The notes under the pieces were generated by a model. It ran no database searches and was not told the origin of the DNA. It saw nothing but the letters and a program-made list of their open reading frames with translations. From Alphaproteobacteria bacterium (lineage in GTDB: Bacteria; Pseudomonadota; Alphaproteobacteria; Rickettsiales; UBA8987), in assembly GCA_023269645.1 (NCBI GenBank), contig JAHFPR010000002.1, forward strand, positions 1 to 30,594: a stretch of 30,594 bases of DNA, written 5' to 3'. This document shows positions 1 through 8,235 of this stretch, in pieces (positions within the stretch are counted from its first letter, which is position 1; each line of letters begins with the position of its first letter). The position numbers and the translations under genes are program-made.

Positions 1-973
1 CGGTATCATTATCCTGCCCGCCATACAGGCTATCTCCACCTGCGTTGCCGTTGAGATAATCATTGCCGGCATTGCCGCGCATGGTATCATCGCCCTGTCC
101 GCTGCGCAGATCGTTGCCCAGGCTGTTTCCGGTGATCGTATCACTGCCGAGGCCGCCACGCGCATTCTCAATATCCGCGCCGAACGCAATCCAGATGCGC
201 GCCGAGCCGATGAGGCTGTAATCGCCGATGCCCTCGTTCAGGTTGAGCGTCACCGCGTAGGTCGTGGGCGATTGATCCAGCGCATCCGTGCCGCTACCGT
301 CCCAGATGGTTCCGGAAAACTCTGCCCCATCGAAGCGGTAGGTGGTGTTTCCGGCATTGTAATTATGGTTCGCGCCGTAAAGATACTGTATAGCGGCCAT
401 GTCGTAAATCGCCAGGCCTATCGGCTCGCCGCCGACCACCGTCCCCACCCCGAACTGCCCGACAAAGCTGTTCATCACCGTGCCATCGAGCGTGACATCC
501 ACGCCCGAAAGCGTCGTGCCGCCTGCCGAGCTTCCGTCATCCGGATGGTTCAGCCCCAGCGCGTGCCCCGTTTCATGCAGGATCGTCTGGAAGCCTGTAT
601 TATCCGCATCGGGAGCCAGCTCGGACGCGGCGAAGCTATTGCTGTTGATGGTGGTATTCACCGTGCCGCTGAAGATGTTGCTGCTGTTGAGCGTGTAGGT
701 GGTGAGGCCGACCATATCCCCCGCACGATGTATTGTTCCGAACTGGAAGGCGATATTGGAGTTGGGCGTGGTGTTCGGCACGAAGGTGAAGATAATGTTC
801 GCCACGGCGGCGTAATCAGCGATAGCCTGCTGCACCGCGCTTAAGAATGTGGCATTCACCGTTCCGTTCGTCGCCAGTACGGTGTAGGTAAGCGCAACTC
901 CCGTCCCCGGCGCGGCACTCCAGGATACGCCTTCCATAAAGGCCGGGATGATGTTGCCGGGGACAGTGGCCAT
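1..973 (-). CDS. Serralysin-like (metzincin M10) zinc metalloprotease with RTX/hemolysin-type Ca-binding repeats; 3'-truncated by the window edge
   Basis: Translated by hand (not in the ORF track). ATG at 973 with GAGG 4 nt upstream; open frame to position 2 (324 codons). HETGHALGLNH at 577-545, Met-turn TVMNS (Met codon 475-473), then DMAAIQYLYGAN, TIWDGSGTD, IENARGGLGSDTITGN and GGxGxD-like repeats (SGQGDDT, GNAGNDY, GNAGGDS, GGQDNDT). Confidence 0.92.
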   Translation of the reverse strand, partial: MATVPGNIIPAFMEGVSWSAAPGTGVALTYTVLATNGTVNATFLSAVQQAIADYAAVANIIFTFVPNTTPNSNIAFQFGTIHRAGDMVGLTTYTLNSSNIFSGTVNTTINSNSFAASELAPDADNTGFQTILHETGHALGLNHPDDGSSAGGTTLSGVDVTLDGTVMNSFVGQFGVGTVVGGEPIGLAIYDMAAIQYLYGANHNYNAGNTTYRFDGAEFSGTIWDGSGTDALDQSPTTYAVTLNLNEGIGDYSLIGSARIWIAFGADIENARGGLGSDTITGNSLGNDLRSGQGDDTMRGNAGNDYLNGNAGGDSLYGGQDNDT

Positions 974-1003
974 AATGCCTCGTTGTTCGTGATTGAACTG
1001 CTG

Positions 1004-2998
1004 CTACAAATCCAGTGCCTCCAGCAGTGACTTGCCGCGTTTTCCGCTTTCCTCCTGAATGAAGCGGAAACGCGATTCAGGATTCTTGCCCATCAGGTTT
1101 TCCACCTGGGTTTCCACTTCTTCCTCCGCCCCTTCCGCGATTTCCACTTTAAGCAGTATACGCTTTGTCTTATCCATCGTGGTTTCCTTAAGCTGCGGCG
1201 GGGTCATTTCGCCGAGTCCCTTGAACCGCCCGATTTCGATATTCCCCCGGCCTTTGCCGAGTTCCTTCACCAGCACCTCGCGCTCTTTTTCATCGGCGGC
1301 GTAGTAGCTTTTCGTGCCCTGGGTGATGCGGAACAGCGGCGGCTGCGCGAGATAAAGATGCCCGTTGCGGATAAGCCCCGGCATTTCCTTATAGAAATAG
1401 GTCATCAGCAGGCTGGCGATATGCGCTCCGTCCACATCCGCATCCGTCATGATGATGACTTTTTCATAGCGGAGCTGATCATCCTTATAATCCGCGCCGG
1501 AGCCGCAGCCGAACGCCAGCAGCATATCCTTGATTTCCTGATTGGCGCGGATTTTATCCACCGTCGCGCTCGCCACATTCAGGATTTTCCCGCGCAACGG
1601 CAGGATAGCCTGCGTTTTCCGGTCGCGCGCCTGCTTGGCGGAGCCACCCGCCGAATCGCCCTCCACCAGAAAAATCTCCGTACCCTTGGCCATTTCCTGC
1701 GTACAATCCGCGAGCTTGCCCGGAAGCCGGAGCTTCTGCACCACCGTTTTCCGGCTAACATCCTTATCCGCGCGCCGCCGCAGCCTATCCTCTGCATTCA
1801 TGATGATGAAGTTCAGCAGCGTGTTCGCCACGTCCGGATTGCCGGAAAGCCAGTGGTCGAAATGGTCGCGCACGGCGTTTTCCACCAGCCGCGTCACCCT
1901 GGAACTGGTGAGCTTGTCCTTCGTCTGCCCCTGGAATTCCGGATGGCGATAGAACAGCGAGAGCACCGCACAGCCGCCCGCGAACACATCTTCGCCCGTC
2001 ACCTGCGCCGCTTTTTTATTGCTCACCAGCTCGCCGTAATCGCGCAAGCCCTTATAGAGCACGTTGCGGAAGCCGTTTTCATGCGTACCGCCCTGCGGCG
2101 TGGGAACTGTGTTGCAGAAGCTCTTGAGGAACCCTTCCTGGCCGTTGCCCCAGTCAATCGCCCATTCCAGCCGCCCCAGATCGTCCGGAAGTTTCGCCTC
2201 GCCCACGAACGGATCGGGGATGACGAGTTCCGCGCCCTCCAGCGTGGCCGCCAGATAATCGCGCAGGCCGTTGGGGAAATGGATGACCTCCTGCTGAGGG
2301 ACATTATCCACCCCCTCCAGCAATGCCGGATCGCACGACCAGCGGATTTCCACGCCCTTATAGAGATACGCCTTGGATTTGGCGAAACTGTACAGCCGCG
2401 ACGGGCGCATCCGCACTTTCGTGCCAAAAATCTCCGGATCGGCATGGAAGATCACCGTCGTGCCCCGGCGATTCTGCACCGCACCTTCCTTCACCAGCTT
2501 CGTGACGGGCGCGCCGCGCGAATATTCCTGCGTCCACAGAATCTTATCCCGCGCCACTTCCACGCGGAGCTTATCGGAAAGCGCGTTCACCACGGAAAGC
2601 CCCACGCCATGCAGCCCGCCGGAAGTTTCGTAGGCCTTGCCGCCGAATTTCGCCCCGGAATGGAGCATGGTCATGATAACTTCCAGCGCGGATTTCTTGG
2701 GAAATTTCGGATGCGGGTCCACCGGAATGCCGCGCCCGTTATCGCGGATGGTCACCACGCCGTCCGCCGCAAGCTCGATCTCGATGCGGCTGGCATACCC
2801 CGCCACCGCCTCATCCATCGCATTGTCGAACACTTCCGCCACCAGATGATGCATCGCGGTTTCGTCCGTGCCGCCGATATACATTCCAGGGCGGCGGCGC
2901 ACCGGCTCCAGCCCTTCCAGCACCTCGATATGCTCGGCGGAATAGCTATCTCCTGCCTTGCCGGAACTGGCGGCTGTACTGAATAAATCCTCGGCCAT
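1004..2998 (-). CDS. parE: DNA topoisomerase IV subunit B
   Basis: GHKL motifs (EVFDNAMDE, DNGRGIP, GGLHGVGLSVVNALS) and TOPRIM motifs (EGDSAGG, IMTDADVDG). At 664 aa it lacks the long proteobacterial GyrB insertion. GGAGG lies upstream of the ATG. Confidence 0.93.
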   Translation of the reverse strand: MAEDLFSTAASSGKAGDSYSAEHIEVLEGLEPVRRRPGMYIGGTDETAMHHLVAEVFDNAMDEAVAGYASRIEIELAADGVVTIRDNGRGIPVDPHPKFPKKSALEVIMTMLHSGAKFGGKAYETSGGLHGVGLSVVNALSDKLRVEVARDKILWTQEYSRGAPVTKLVKEGAVQNRRGTTVIFHADPEIFGTKVRMRPSRLYSFAKSKAYLYKGVEIRWSCDPALLEGVDNVPQQEVIHFPNGLRDYLAATLEGAELVIPDPFVGEAKLPDDLGRLEWAIDWGNGQEGFLKSFCNTVPTPQGGTHENGFRNVLYKGLRDYGELVSNKKAAQVTGEDVFAGGCAVLSLFYRHPEFQGQTKDKLTSSRVTRLVENAVRDHFDHWLSGNPDVANTLLNFIIMNAEDRLRRRADKDVSRKTVVQKLRLPGKLADCTQEMAKGTEIFLVEGDSAGGSAKQARDRKTQAILPLRGKILNVASATVDKIRANQEIKDMLLAFGCGSGADYKDDQLRYEKVIIMTDADVDGAHIASLLMTYFYKEMPGLIRNGHLYLAQPPLFRITQGTKSYYAADEKEREVLVKELGKGRGNIEIGRFKGLGEMTPPQLKETTMDKTKRILLKVEIAEGAEEEVETQVENLMGKNPESRFRFIQEESGKRGKSLLEALDL

Positions 2999-3088
2999 AT
3001 GTCTGTGCGTTTCCTCCGTAGCCCCTTTTTATACACGGTTTCGCGCCGGGGTCAGCAATTTTTTGCGGTGAGAGAGGATTAAGAGAAT

Positions 3089-3236
3089 TGTCATTCTGAG
3101 TCCCGGCCTGTGCCGGGGTAAATTCCGGAGGGAATCCATGCTTGTCACCCCGTACTTTAAGTGTGTCACCCCGCACGTGTTGCGGGGTTATGGCCAATGA
3201 GGAGTATAACCCCGCAACAAGTGCGGGGTGACACAC
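3089..3236. repeat. Cluster of REP/RPE-like palindromes including a 31-bp inverted pair
   Basis: 3161-3191 and 3206-3236 are reverse complements with 1 mismatch, and each arm is itself a hairpin (ACCCCGCA/TGCGGGGT). There is a partial third unit at 3143-3153 and a GTCATT...GGAATCC unit with an internal CCCGGC/GCCGGG hairpin at 3089-3137. Confidence 0.85.
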
Positions 3237-3254
3237 CTATAACGGCAACCCCCC

Positions 3255-3283
3255 TTGCGCTTTGGGCGGCGAGGGCATAAGAT
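3255..3283 (+). promoter_or_regulatory. Putative sigma70 promoter of the dsbD-like gene
   Basis: TTGCGC-N17-TAAGAT, ending 8 nt before ATG 3292; no SD visible. Confidence 0.55.
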
Positions 3284-3291
3284 TGCTGCCG

Positions 3292-5424
3292 ATGCGCACG
3301 TTATTAATCCTCATTCTGGTGTTAATCGGCTGGGCGGCGATGCCCTGCCCTGCCGCGTTCGCCTCCGCCACGCCGTGGAAAAAATCGGACGAGGTATCCT
3401 CACGCCTGATCGTGGGCAACGCGGATGAAAAGGGCATCCGCAAGGCGGGCTATGAGCTGCACATCACCGGGCACTGGCACACCTACTGGAAATTCCCCGG
3501 CGATTCAGGCCGCCCGCCGGAAATTGACTGGCGTCGCTCGGAAAACGTCAAATCCGTGGAGCTGGTTTACCCCGCGCCGGAGCGTATCTCCAAAAAGTTC
3601 GAGGGGTTCGACCCGGTGGAAACCTTCGGCTACGGCGGCGAATTGGTCTATCCACTGCTGATTACGCCGCTTGATCCCTCCCAAACCATCCGCCTTGATC
3701 TCACGGTGAATTACGCCGTCTGCGACGAAACCTGCATCTTCGAGAGCGACAAGGTTACGGAAACCATTTCCAGCGTCCATAAGGATGACGAAACCACCGC
3801 GCATATTGATGCATTCCTCGCCCGCGCCCCGAAGGCTGATAGCAAGGATGTATCCATCGGCGAGATGAAGCTGCTTCCGGAACAAATGCTGGAAGTGAAG
3901 GTGACCAGCGCAGAGCCGTTCGAGAAGCCCGATCTGTTCGTGAATGTCACGCCGGATTTCCGTTTTCTGGCTCCCGAAGCCGTTTATTCCGACGACCGCA
4001 AGCAGGCCACGCTGAAAATCCGTTACAAGGAACTGCTGGCGGATAAGCACGTCGCGGGGATGGAGGCCACGCTCACGCTGGTGGATAGGAATCGTGGCGC
4101 GGAAATCGTCGCCAAACTGCCCGCAGCGGAGGGTATCGTAGCGACAGCCCCGGCGCAGCCATTACAACCCGCCATTTCCATCCCCCCCACTTCTACCGGA
4201 ACACAAAGCCTGCTGTTCATCCTGATCACCGCGTTCCTGGGCGGGTTGATCCTCAACATCATGCCGTGTGTGCTGCCGGTGCTCGCGCTGAAGCTGGTGG
4301 GGGTCGCGCGCCACGGCGGGGGAAGCAAGCTGCACGTCCGCGCGAGTTTCCTCGCTTCGGTGCTGGGGATTCTCGTTTCCTTCGCGGTGCTGTCCGCCAT
4401 CATGATCGCGCTGAAATCCGCAGGAAACGCCGTGGGATGGGGGCTGCATTTCCAGCAGCCGGTGTTCCTGATCGCGCTGATCATCGCCATCAATCTGTTC
4501 GCGGCGAACCAGTGGAGCCTGTTTGAAATCAACCTCCCCTCCTGGCTTGGCGGGCGGGTGTCGAATGCCCTCCCCGGCGCAGACGACCACACGCTCACCG
4601 GGCATTTCATGATGGGCGCGTTTGCCGCCATCCTCGCCACGCCCTGCTCCGCGCCGTATCTCGGCACGGCGGTGGGCTTCGCGCTTTCCCAGGGTACGCC
4701 GGAAATCCTGATGATTTTCGGCATGATGGGACTGGGGCTGGCCTTCCCTTACCTCGCCTGCGCACTGATGCCGAGCCTGATCACCGTCCTCCCCAAGCCC
4801 GGTGCGTGGATGCTGCGCGTGAAGCATTTTATGGGCTACCTGCTCATCGCGGCTTCCGTGTGGCTGATCTGGGTGCTTTCGAGCCAGCTTGGGCTATATT
4901 CCGCGCTGGCCGTGGCGATGTTTTCCGCATCCAGCGTGGGGCTGCTGTGGCTGCATAAACGCCAGCCGATAGATAAAACCGCGCTTTCCGCCGCTATTCT
5001 GGTGGGGCTGGCCATTACCTTCGCGCTGCCGCTGGCACTTTCCGGCTTCGGCAGGGAGGAAAAACAGATGCAGAACGGTATCTGGCAGCCTTTCGATGAG
5101 GCAAAAATCGCCGGGCTGGTGGCGAAAGGCGATACGGTGTTCGTGGATGTGACGGCGGATTGGTGTCTTACCTGCAAATTCAACAAGCTGCACGTGCTGG
5201 ATACTCCGGAAGTGCAGGATATGCTTACGAAAAAGAATACCGTAGCCATGCTGGCGGATTACACCTCGCCCGCGCCGGAAATCCGGAAATTCCTGGAGAA
5301 ACATGGCCGCTACGCCATCCCGTTCAACATTGTATACGGCCCCGCCGCGCCGGAAGGCATCCCGCTCCCCGAACTGCTGACAAAGGAGAGTGTGCTGGAG
5401 GCACTAAAGAAAGCGGGGAAATGA
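3292..5424 (+). CDS. dsbD: DsbD-family protein-disulfide reductase (N-terminal periplasmic domain, TM domain, thioredoxin domain)
   Basis: Signal peptide from ATG 3292 (preferred over TTG 3262); WHTYWKFPGDSG, CDETC, TM cysteines in MPCVLP and TPCSAP, and a C-terminal DVTADWCLTC. Confidence 0.88.
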   Translation: MRTLLILILVLIGWAAMPCPAAFASATPWKKSDEVSSRLIVGNADEKGIRKAGYELHITGHWHTYWKFPGDSGRPPEIDWRRSENVKSVELVYPAPERISKKFEGFDPVETFGYGGELVYPLLITPLDPSQTIRLDLTVNYAVCDETCIFESDKVTETISSVHKDDETTAHIDAFLARAPKADSKDVSIGEMKLLPEQMLEVKVTSAEPFEKPDLFVNVTPDFRFLAPEAVYSDDRKQATLKIRYKELLADKHVAGMEATLTLVDRNRGAEIVAKLPAAEGIVATAPAQPLQPAISIPPTSTGTQSLLFILITAFLGGLILNIMPCVLPVLALKLVGVARHGGGSKLHVRASFLASVLGILVSFAVLSAIMIALKSAGNAVGWGLHFQQPVFLIALIIAINLFAANQWSLFEINLPSWLGGRVSNALPGADDHTLTGHFMMGAFAAILATPCSAPYLGTAVGFALSQGTPEILMIFGMMGLGLAFPYLACALMPSLITVLPKPGAWMLRVKHFMGYLLIAASVWLIWVLSSQLGLYSALAVAMFSASSVGLLWLHKRQPIDKTALSAAILVGLAITFALPLALSGFGREEKQMQNGIWQPFDEAKIAGLVAKGDTVFVDVTADWCLTCKFNKLHVLDTPEVQDMLTKKNTVAMLADYTSPAPEIRKFLEKHGRYAIPFNIVYGPAAPEGIPLPELLTKESVLEALKKAGK

Positions 5425-5510
5425 CCACCCCCCCGTGTGCGGGAGAGGAGGAAACAGAACGGAATAGCCCTGGCCTGATTGCCATATCACTTCCGCACGA
5501 ATATTTCTTA

Positions 5511-5519
5511 TGCTAGAAT
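5511..5519 (+). promoter_or_regulatory. Putative extended -10 element of prepilin gene 1 (leaderless geometry)
   Basis: TGcTAGAAT ends 6 nt before ATG 5526; no SD; the same geometry occurs at gene 2. Confidence 0.5.
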
Positions 5520-5525
5520 ATTCTT

Positions 5526-6428
5526 ATGATACCACGCCACATATCCTCCTCTCCTCCCCGCTCCTTTAACAGAAGCGGCTTCACCCTGATCGAGCTTTCC
5601 CTTGTCCTGGTCATCATAAGCATGATCACAGGTGCTATTATCGGCGGGCAGGCCTTGATCCAGCAGGCGCGCATTCAACACCTCATCAGCGATGTAAACA
5701 GCTACAAGACAGCAATAAATGTTTTCCAGACACAATATGCCGCCTACCCTGGGGATTTCTCCAACGCATATGCCTATTTTGCAAAAGCGAATAACGATAA
5801 TATATGCGGCCCAAGTGTCGGAGATATACGCTGGAGTTGTAACGGCAACGGCGACGGCATTCTAGGCTATGACCCCACAGGCGAGCAGGAGAGTATCGCA
5901 GAAGGCACACGCGCATGGATTCACCTGGATTTAGCCGACATTCTGCATAAGGTCACCTATCAGCCAGGTGGCTTCTATGGATGCGTCAACACAGTAAAAG
6001 GAAAGTGTGGTGGCAGTTCCCCTCCCAACGTGCCACTGTCTGCTCTCAACAACCTGACAGGCTTTATCATCAGCAACCCCAGGAATTTTACAGGCACTTA
6101 CTATGGCCGTACCGGCGCATGGCTTACCTTGACGATGCCCGGCGATCCTGATGTTTCCGGCACATGGGGGGGCACAAATATACAAGCCTACCTGTTTAAC
6201 CGTTCCATTACCCCGACCATTGCGCAGTATATTGATAAAAAATTTGATGATGGCTTGCCTACCACAGGCGATGTTCTGGCGACATCTCCGTGGGATAATT
6301 CGACATTATGCACCACCGCTGGCGTAGAAGGCGCGGCGATAGGCACGACCATGCCCTCACGCACCTTTCTTTATAATGTTTCAAACACAACGAATCAGTG
6401 CACCCTGTTGTTCTATATCGGCGGGTAA
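5526..6428 (+). CDS. Large type IV prepilin-like protein (N-terminal cleavage/methylation motif), paralogue 1
   Basis: G|FTLIELSLVLVIISMITGAIIGG after an 18-aa leader; AYPGD, GNGDG and IDKKFDDGLP motifs shared with paralogue 2; 6 Cys. Confidence 0.9.
   Translation: MIPRHISSSPPRSFNRSGFTLIELSLVLVIISMITGAIIGGQALIQQARIQHLISDVNSYKTAINVFQTQYAAYPGDFSNAYAYFAKANNDNICGPSVGDIRWSCNGNGDGILGYDPTGEQESIAEGTRAWIHLDLADILHKVTYQPGGFYGCVNTVKGKCGGSSPPNVPLSALNNLTGFIISNPRNFTGTYYGRTGAWLTLTMPGDPDVSGTWGGTNIQAYLFNRSITPTIAQYIDKKFDDGLPTTGDVLATSPWDNSTLCTTAGVEGAAIGTTMPSRTFLYNVSNTTNQCTLLFYIGG
5540..5671 (+). repeat. 132-nt direct repeat, copy 1 (copy 2 at 6552-6683)
   Basis: Base-by-base comparison gives 131/132 identity; the single difference, 5648 G vs 6660 A, is synonymous (Gly). 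Confidence 0.95.
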
Positions 6429-6522
6429 AAAATGGAAAATTGCAACTGAGAAAATTATCCTAATACCCTGCATAAAACCAGAAAAATGACGATGCCTTGC
6501 TATTTCCTTACCTACTTTTCCA

Positions 6523-6531
6523 TGCTATAAT
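6523..6531 (+). promoter_or_regulatory. Putative extended -10 element of prepilin gene 2 (leaderless geometry)
   Basis: TGcTATAAT (perfect -10) ends 6 nt before ATG 6538; no SD. Confidence 0.6.
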
Positions 6532-6537
6532 CCTTTC

Positions 6538-7335
6538 ATGAAAACGCGCCGCATATCCTCCTCTCCTCCCCGCTCCTTTAACAGAAGCGGCTTCACCCTG
6601 ATCGAGCTTTCCCTTGTCCTGGTCATCATAAGCATGATCACAGGTGCTATTATCGGCGGACAGGCCTTGATCCAGCAGGCGCGGCTGCAAAAGCTCATCG
6701 CCCAGATAAAAAGCTATGAAACAGCCTTCAATGTCTTCTTCGATAAATACAACGCCTACCCCGGCGATATGCCCAACGCCACCGCCTATTGGCCGGGGCA
6801 GACCCAGAACGGCAACGGCAATGGCCTGATTGAGGATGGGAGTGTTGGTGGTGAAGACGTCGCGGCTTTTGAGCATCTGTATCTCGCGGGAATTACCCCT
6901 TTCAAACCCAAGACACCGCCATATACTACGGAAACAATCGGCGGCAACCTTCCTCGCGGACCGCTGGACGCACAGGGATACCGGTTCGAGAGCCTGCCTT
7001 GTAGCCCAAGCTGCCCCATGAGCGACCTCTATGGCAGAACAGGCGTGAGCCTTATTGTAGGATCGCTGCAGGTGGATGACTCGGATCTTTTTGGGCCTGC
7101 ACTTACCAGCGCAGATGCCGCGATAGTGGATAAAAAAATCGATGACGGCGCACCGAATCGCGGAAAGCTCCTGGCCGAGGAAGATTATGCCAGCGTCGCG
7201 GGCGGCGTGGACTGGGGCGATTGCGTTCTGGGAAGAACAGGCCAGAATACCCCTGCCACGCTGTTGACCCAAGCCTATAAATATAACACATTGAACACGA
7301 AGATCAGTTGTACGCTTCGCTATTTCGTGCGGTAA
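6538..7335 (+). CDS. Large type IV prepilin-like protein, paralogue 2
   Basis: Same G|FTLIE N-terminus; AYPGD, NGNGNG and VDKKIDDGAP motifs; 4 Cys including a C-terminal SCTL. Confidence 0.9.
   Translation: MKTRRISSSPPRSFNRSGFTLIELSLVLVIISMITGAIIGGQALIQQARLQKLIAQIKSYETAFNVFFDKYNAYPGDMPNATAYWPGQTQNGNGNGLIEDGSVGGEDVAAFEHLYLAGITPFKPKTPPYTTETIGGNLPRGPLDAQGYRFESLPCSPSCPMSDLYGRTGVSLIVGSLQVDDSDLFGPALTSADAAIVDKKIDDGAPNRGKLLAEEDYASVAGGVDWGDCVLGRTGQNTPATLLTQAYKYNTLNTKISCTLRYFVR
6552..6683 (+). repeat. 132-nt direct repeat, copy 2
   Basis: Matches 5540-5671 at 131/132 nt. Confidence 0.95.
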
Positions 7336-7348
7336 AGAACGCCGGGTT

Positions 7349-7633
7349 TCAGCTTGCCTTAAAATTATCGGCGTAGGATTTGAGGATGATTTTCGGCTGC
7401 TTCGGTTCGGAGATTTTATAGGGGATTCCCTCGCGTTTCGCATAAGCAACCGCATCTTCCTTCGTGGCGAATTTCAGGCGGATTTCCTGCTTCATGTCCC
7501 GCGAGCCGACCCAGCCCATCACGGAATCATTGAAGCGCGGCTGCTCCTGCTCGAACTCCAGCACCCACTGCTTCGTTTTTTCTTTTCCGGATTGCATTGC
7601 ATTTCTGGTGGGGCGGTAAATTTTTGCGCTCAT
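7349..7633 (-). CDS. ETC complex I accessory subunit (NDUFS4 / 18-kDa-like)
   Basis: KIYRPTRNAMQSG, W-x-LEF, MGWVGSRDMKQEIRLKF...AVAYA pattern typical of this alphaproteobacterial family; GGAG upstream. Confidence 0.88.
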   Translation of the reverse strand: MSAKIYRPTRNAMQSGKEKTKQWVLEFEQEQPRFNDSVMGWVGSRDMKQEIRLKFATKEDAVAYAKREGIPYKISEPKQPKIILKSYADNFKAS

Positions 7634-7804
7634 AATATTATTATTCTCCAGTGGCTTAATACCGTATTCCCTGCATTTTCATTACACCCCATACCTTAAC
7701 AAAAATTAAGTTCCGGAGCAAAATAATTTGCAGAATCGTGTTTTTGTTAACGCTTTTTTCAGCATTCCTCCCGTATACTGCAAGCAGGAAAGGAGGGTAC
7801 TACC

Positions 7805-8161
7805 GTGGAACATTCTGATAAAGCATTTTCGTCCCTGCCGCAAGGGATGCGTCACCATCTGCATCAGCCCCATGCGCATCTGATGGAAGAGACCGCGCAG
7901 CAGCGCAAATGGCCTGCCATGTATGAGGTCGTGCTGCTGAATGACGATGCCACGCCCATCGAGTTCGTGGTATTGCTGCTGGAAACCATCTTTCATAAAA
8001 ACGAGCAGGAGGCGGTGGACATCACCCTCCAAACCCACACGGAAGGGCATGGAAGCTGCGGCCTCTATACCCGCGATGTGGCGGAAACCAAGATGATCGG
8101 CGTGATTGACATGGCGCGCGTGAATCATTTTCCGCTGAAATGCATCATGCATAGAAACTAG
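7805..8161 (+). CDS. clpS: ATP-dependent Clp protease adaptor ClpS
   Basis: YEVVLLNDDATPIEFVV, HTEG, GLYTRDVAETK and FPLKC motifs; directly upstream of clpA; GGAGG 9 nt before the GTG. Confidence 0.92.
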   Translation: MEHSDKAFSSLPQGMRHHLHQPHAHLMEETAQQRKWPAMYEVVLLNDDATPIEFVVLLLETIFHKNEQEAVDITLQTHTEGHGSCGLYTRDVAETKMIGVIDMARVNHFPLKCIMHRN

Positions 8162-8234
8162 GTTTCAGGAACAGGTTTCAGCAAAAACCTGCTCCCTTGA
8201 AACTCCTGAAACCCGAAACCTGAAACCCGGAACC
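8161..8234. repeat. Heptamer tandem/inverted repeat in the clpS-clpA spacer
   Basis: TGAAACC CGAAACC TGAAACC CGGAACC at 8207-8234; the reverse-complement unit GGTTTCA occurs at 8161-8167 and 8174-8180. Confidence 0.8.
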
Positions 8235-8235
8235 T

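Noticed and set aside
272-844. 190-aa and 72-aa plus-strand ORFs
   Set aside because: They are antisense shadows of the minus-strand metalloprotease, which has clear catalytic motifs.
1358-2986. 542-aa plus-strand ORF, and similar long antisense ORFs over dsbD, clpA, dnaA, pilC, pilB and pilO
   Set aside because: They mirror well-supported genes on the opposite strand, as expected from GC-rich codon bias; no motifs or start signals.
1004-2998. gyrB as an alternative call
   Set aside because: The length, the lack of the GyrB insertion and the position away from dnaN/recF favour parE.
3161-3236. CRISPR-like repeat
   Set aside because: There are only two copies, inverted rather than direct, with a 14-nt gap and no cas genes.
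5540-6683. Diversity-generating retroelement TR/VR pair
   Set aside because: The repeat covers the conserved N-terminus, has one synonymous difference, and no reverse transcriptase is in the window.
7696-7709. CtrA site between the NDUFS4-like gene and clpS
   Set aside because: TTAA-N6-TTAA has the wrong spacing (N7 is required); at most a half-site.
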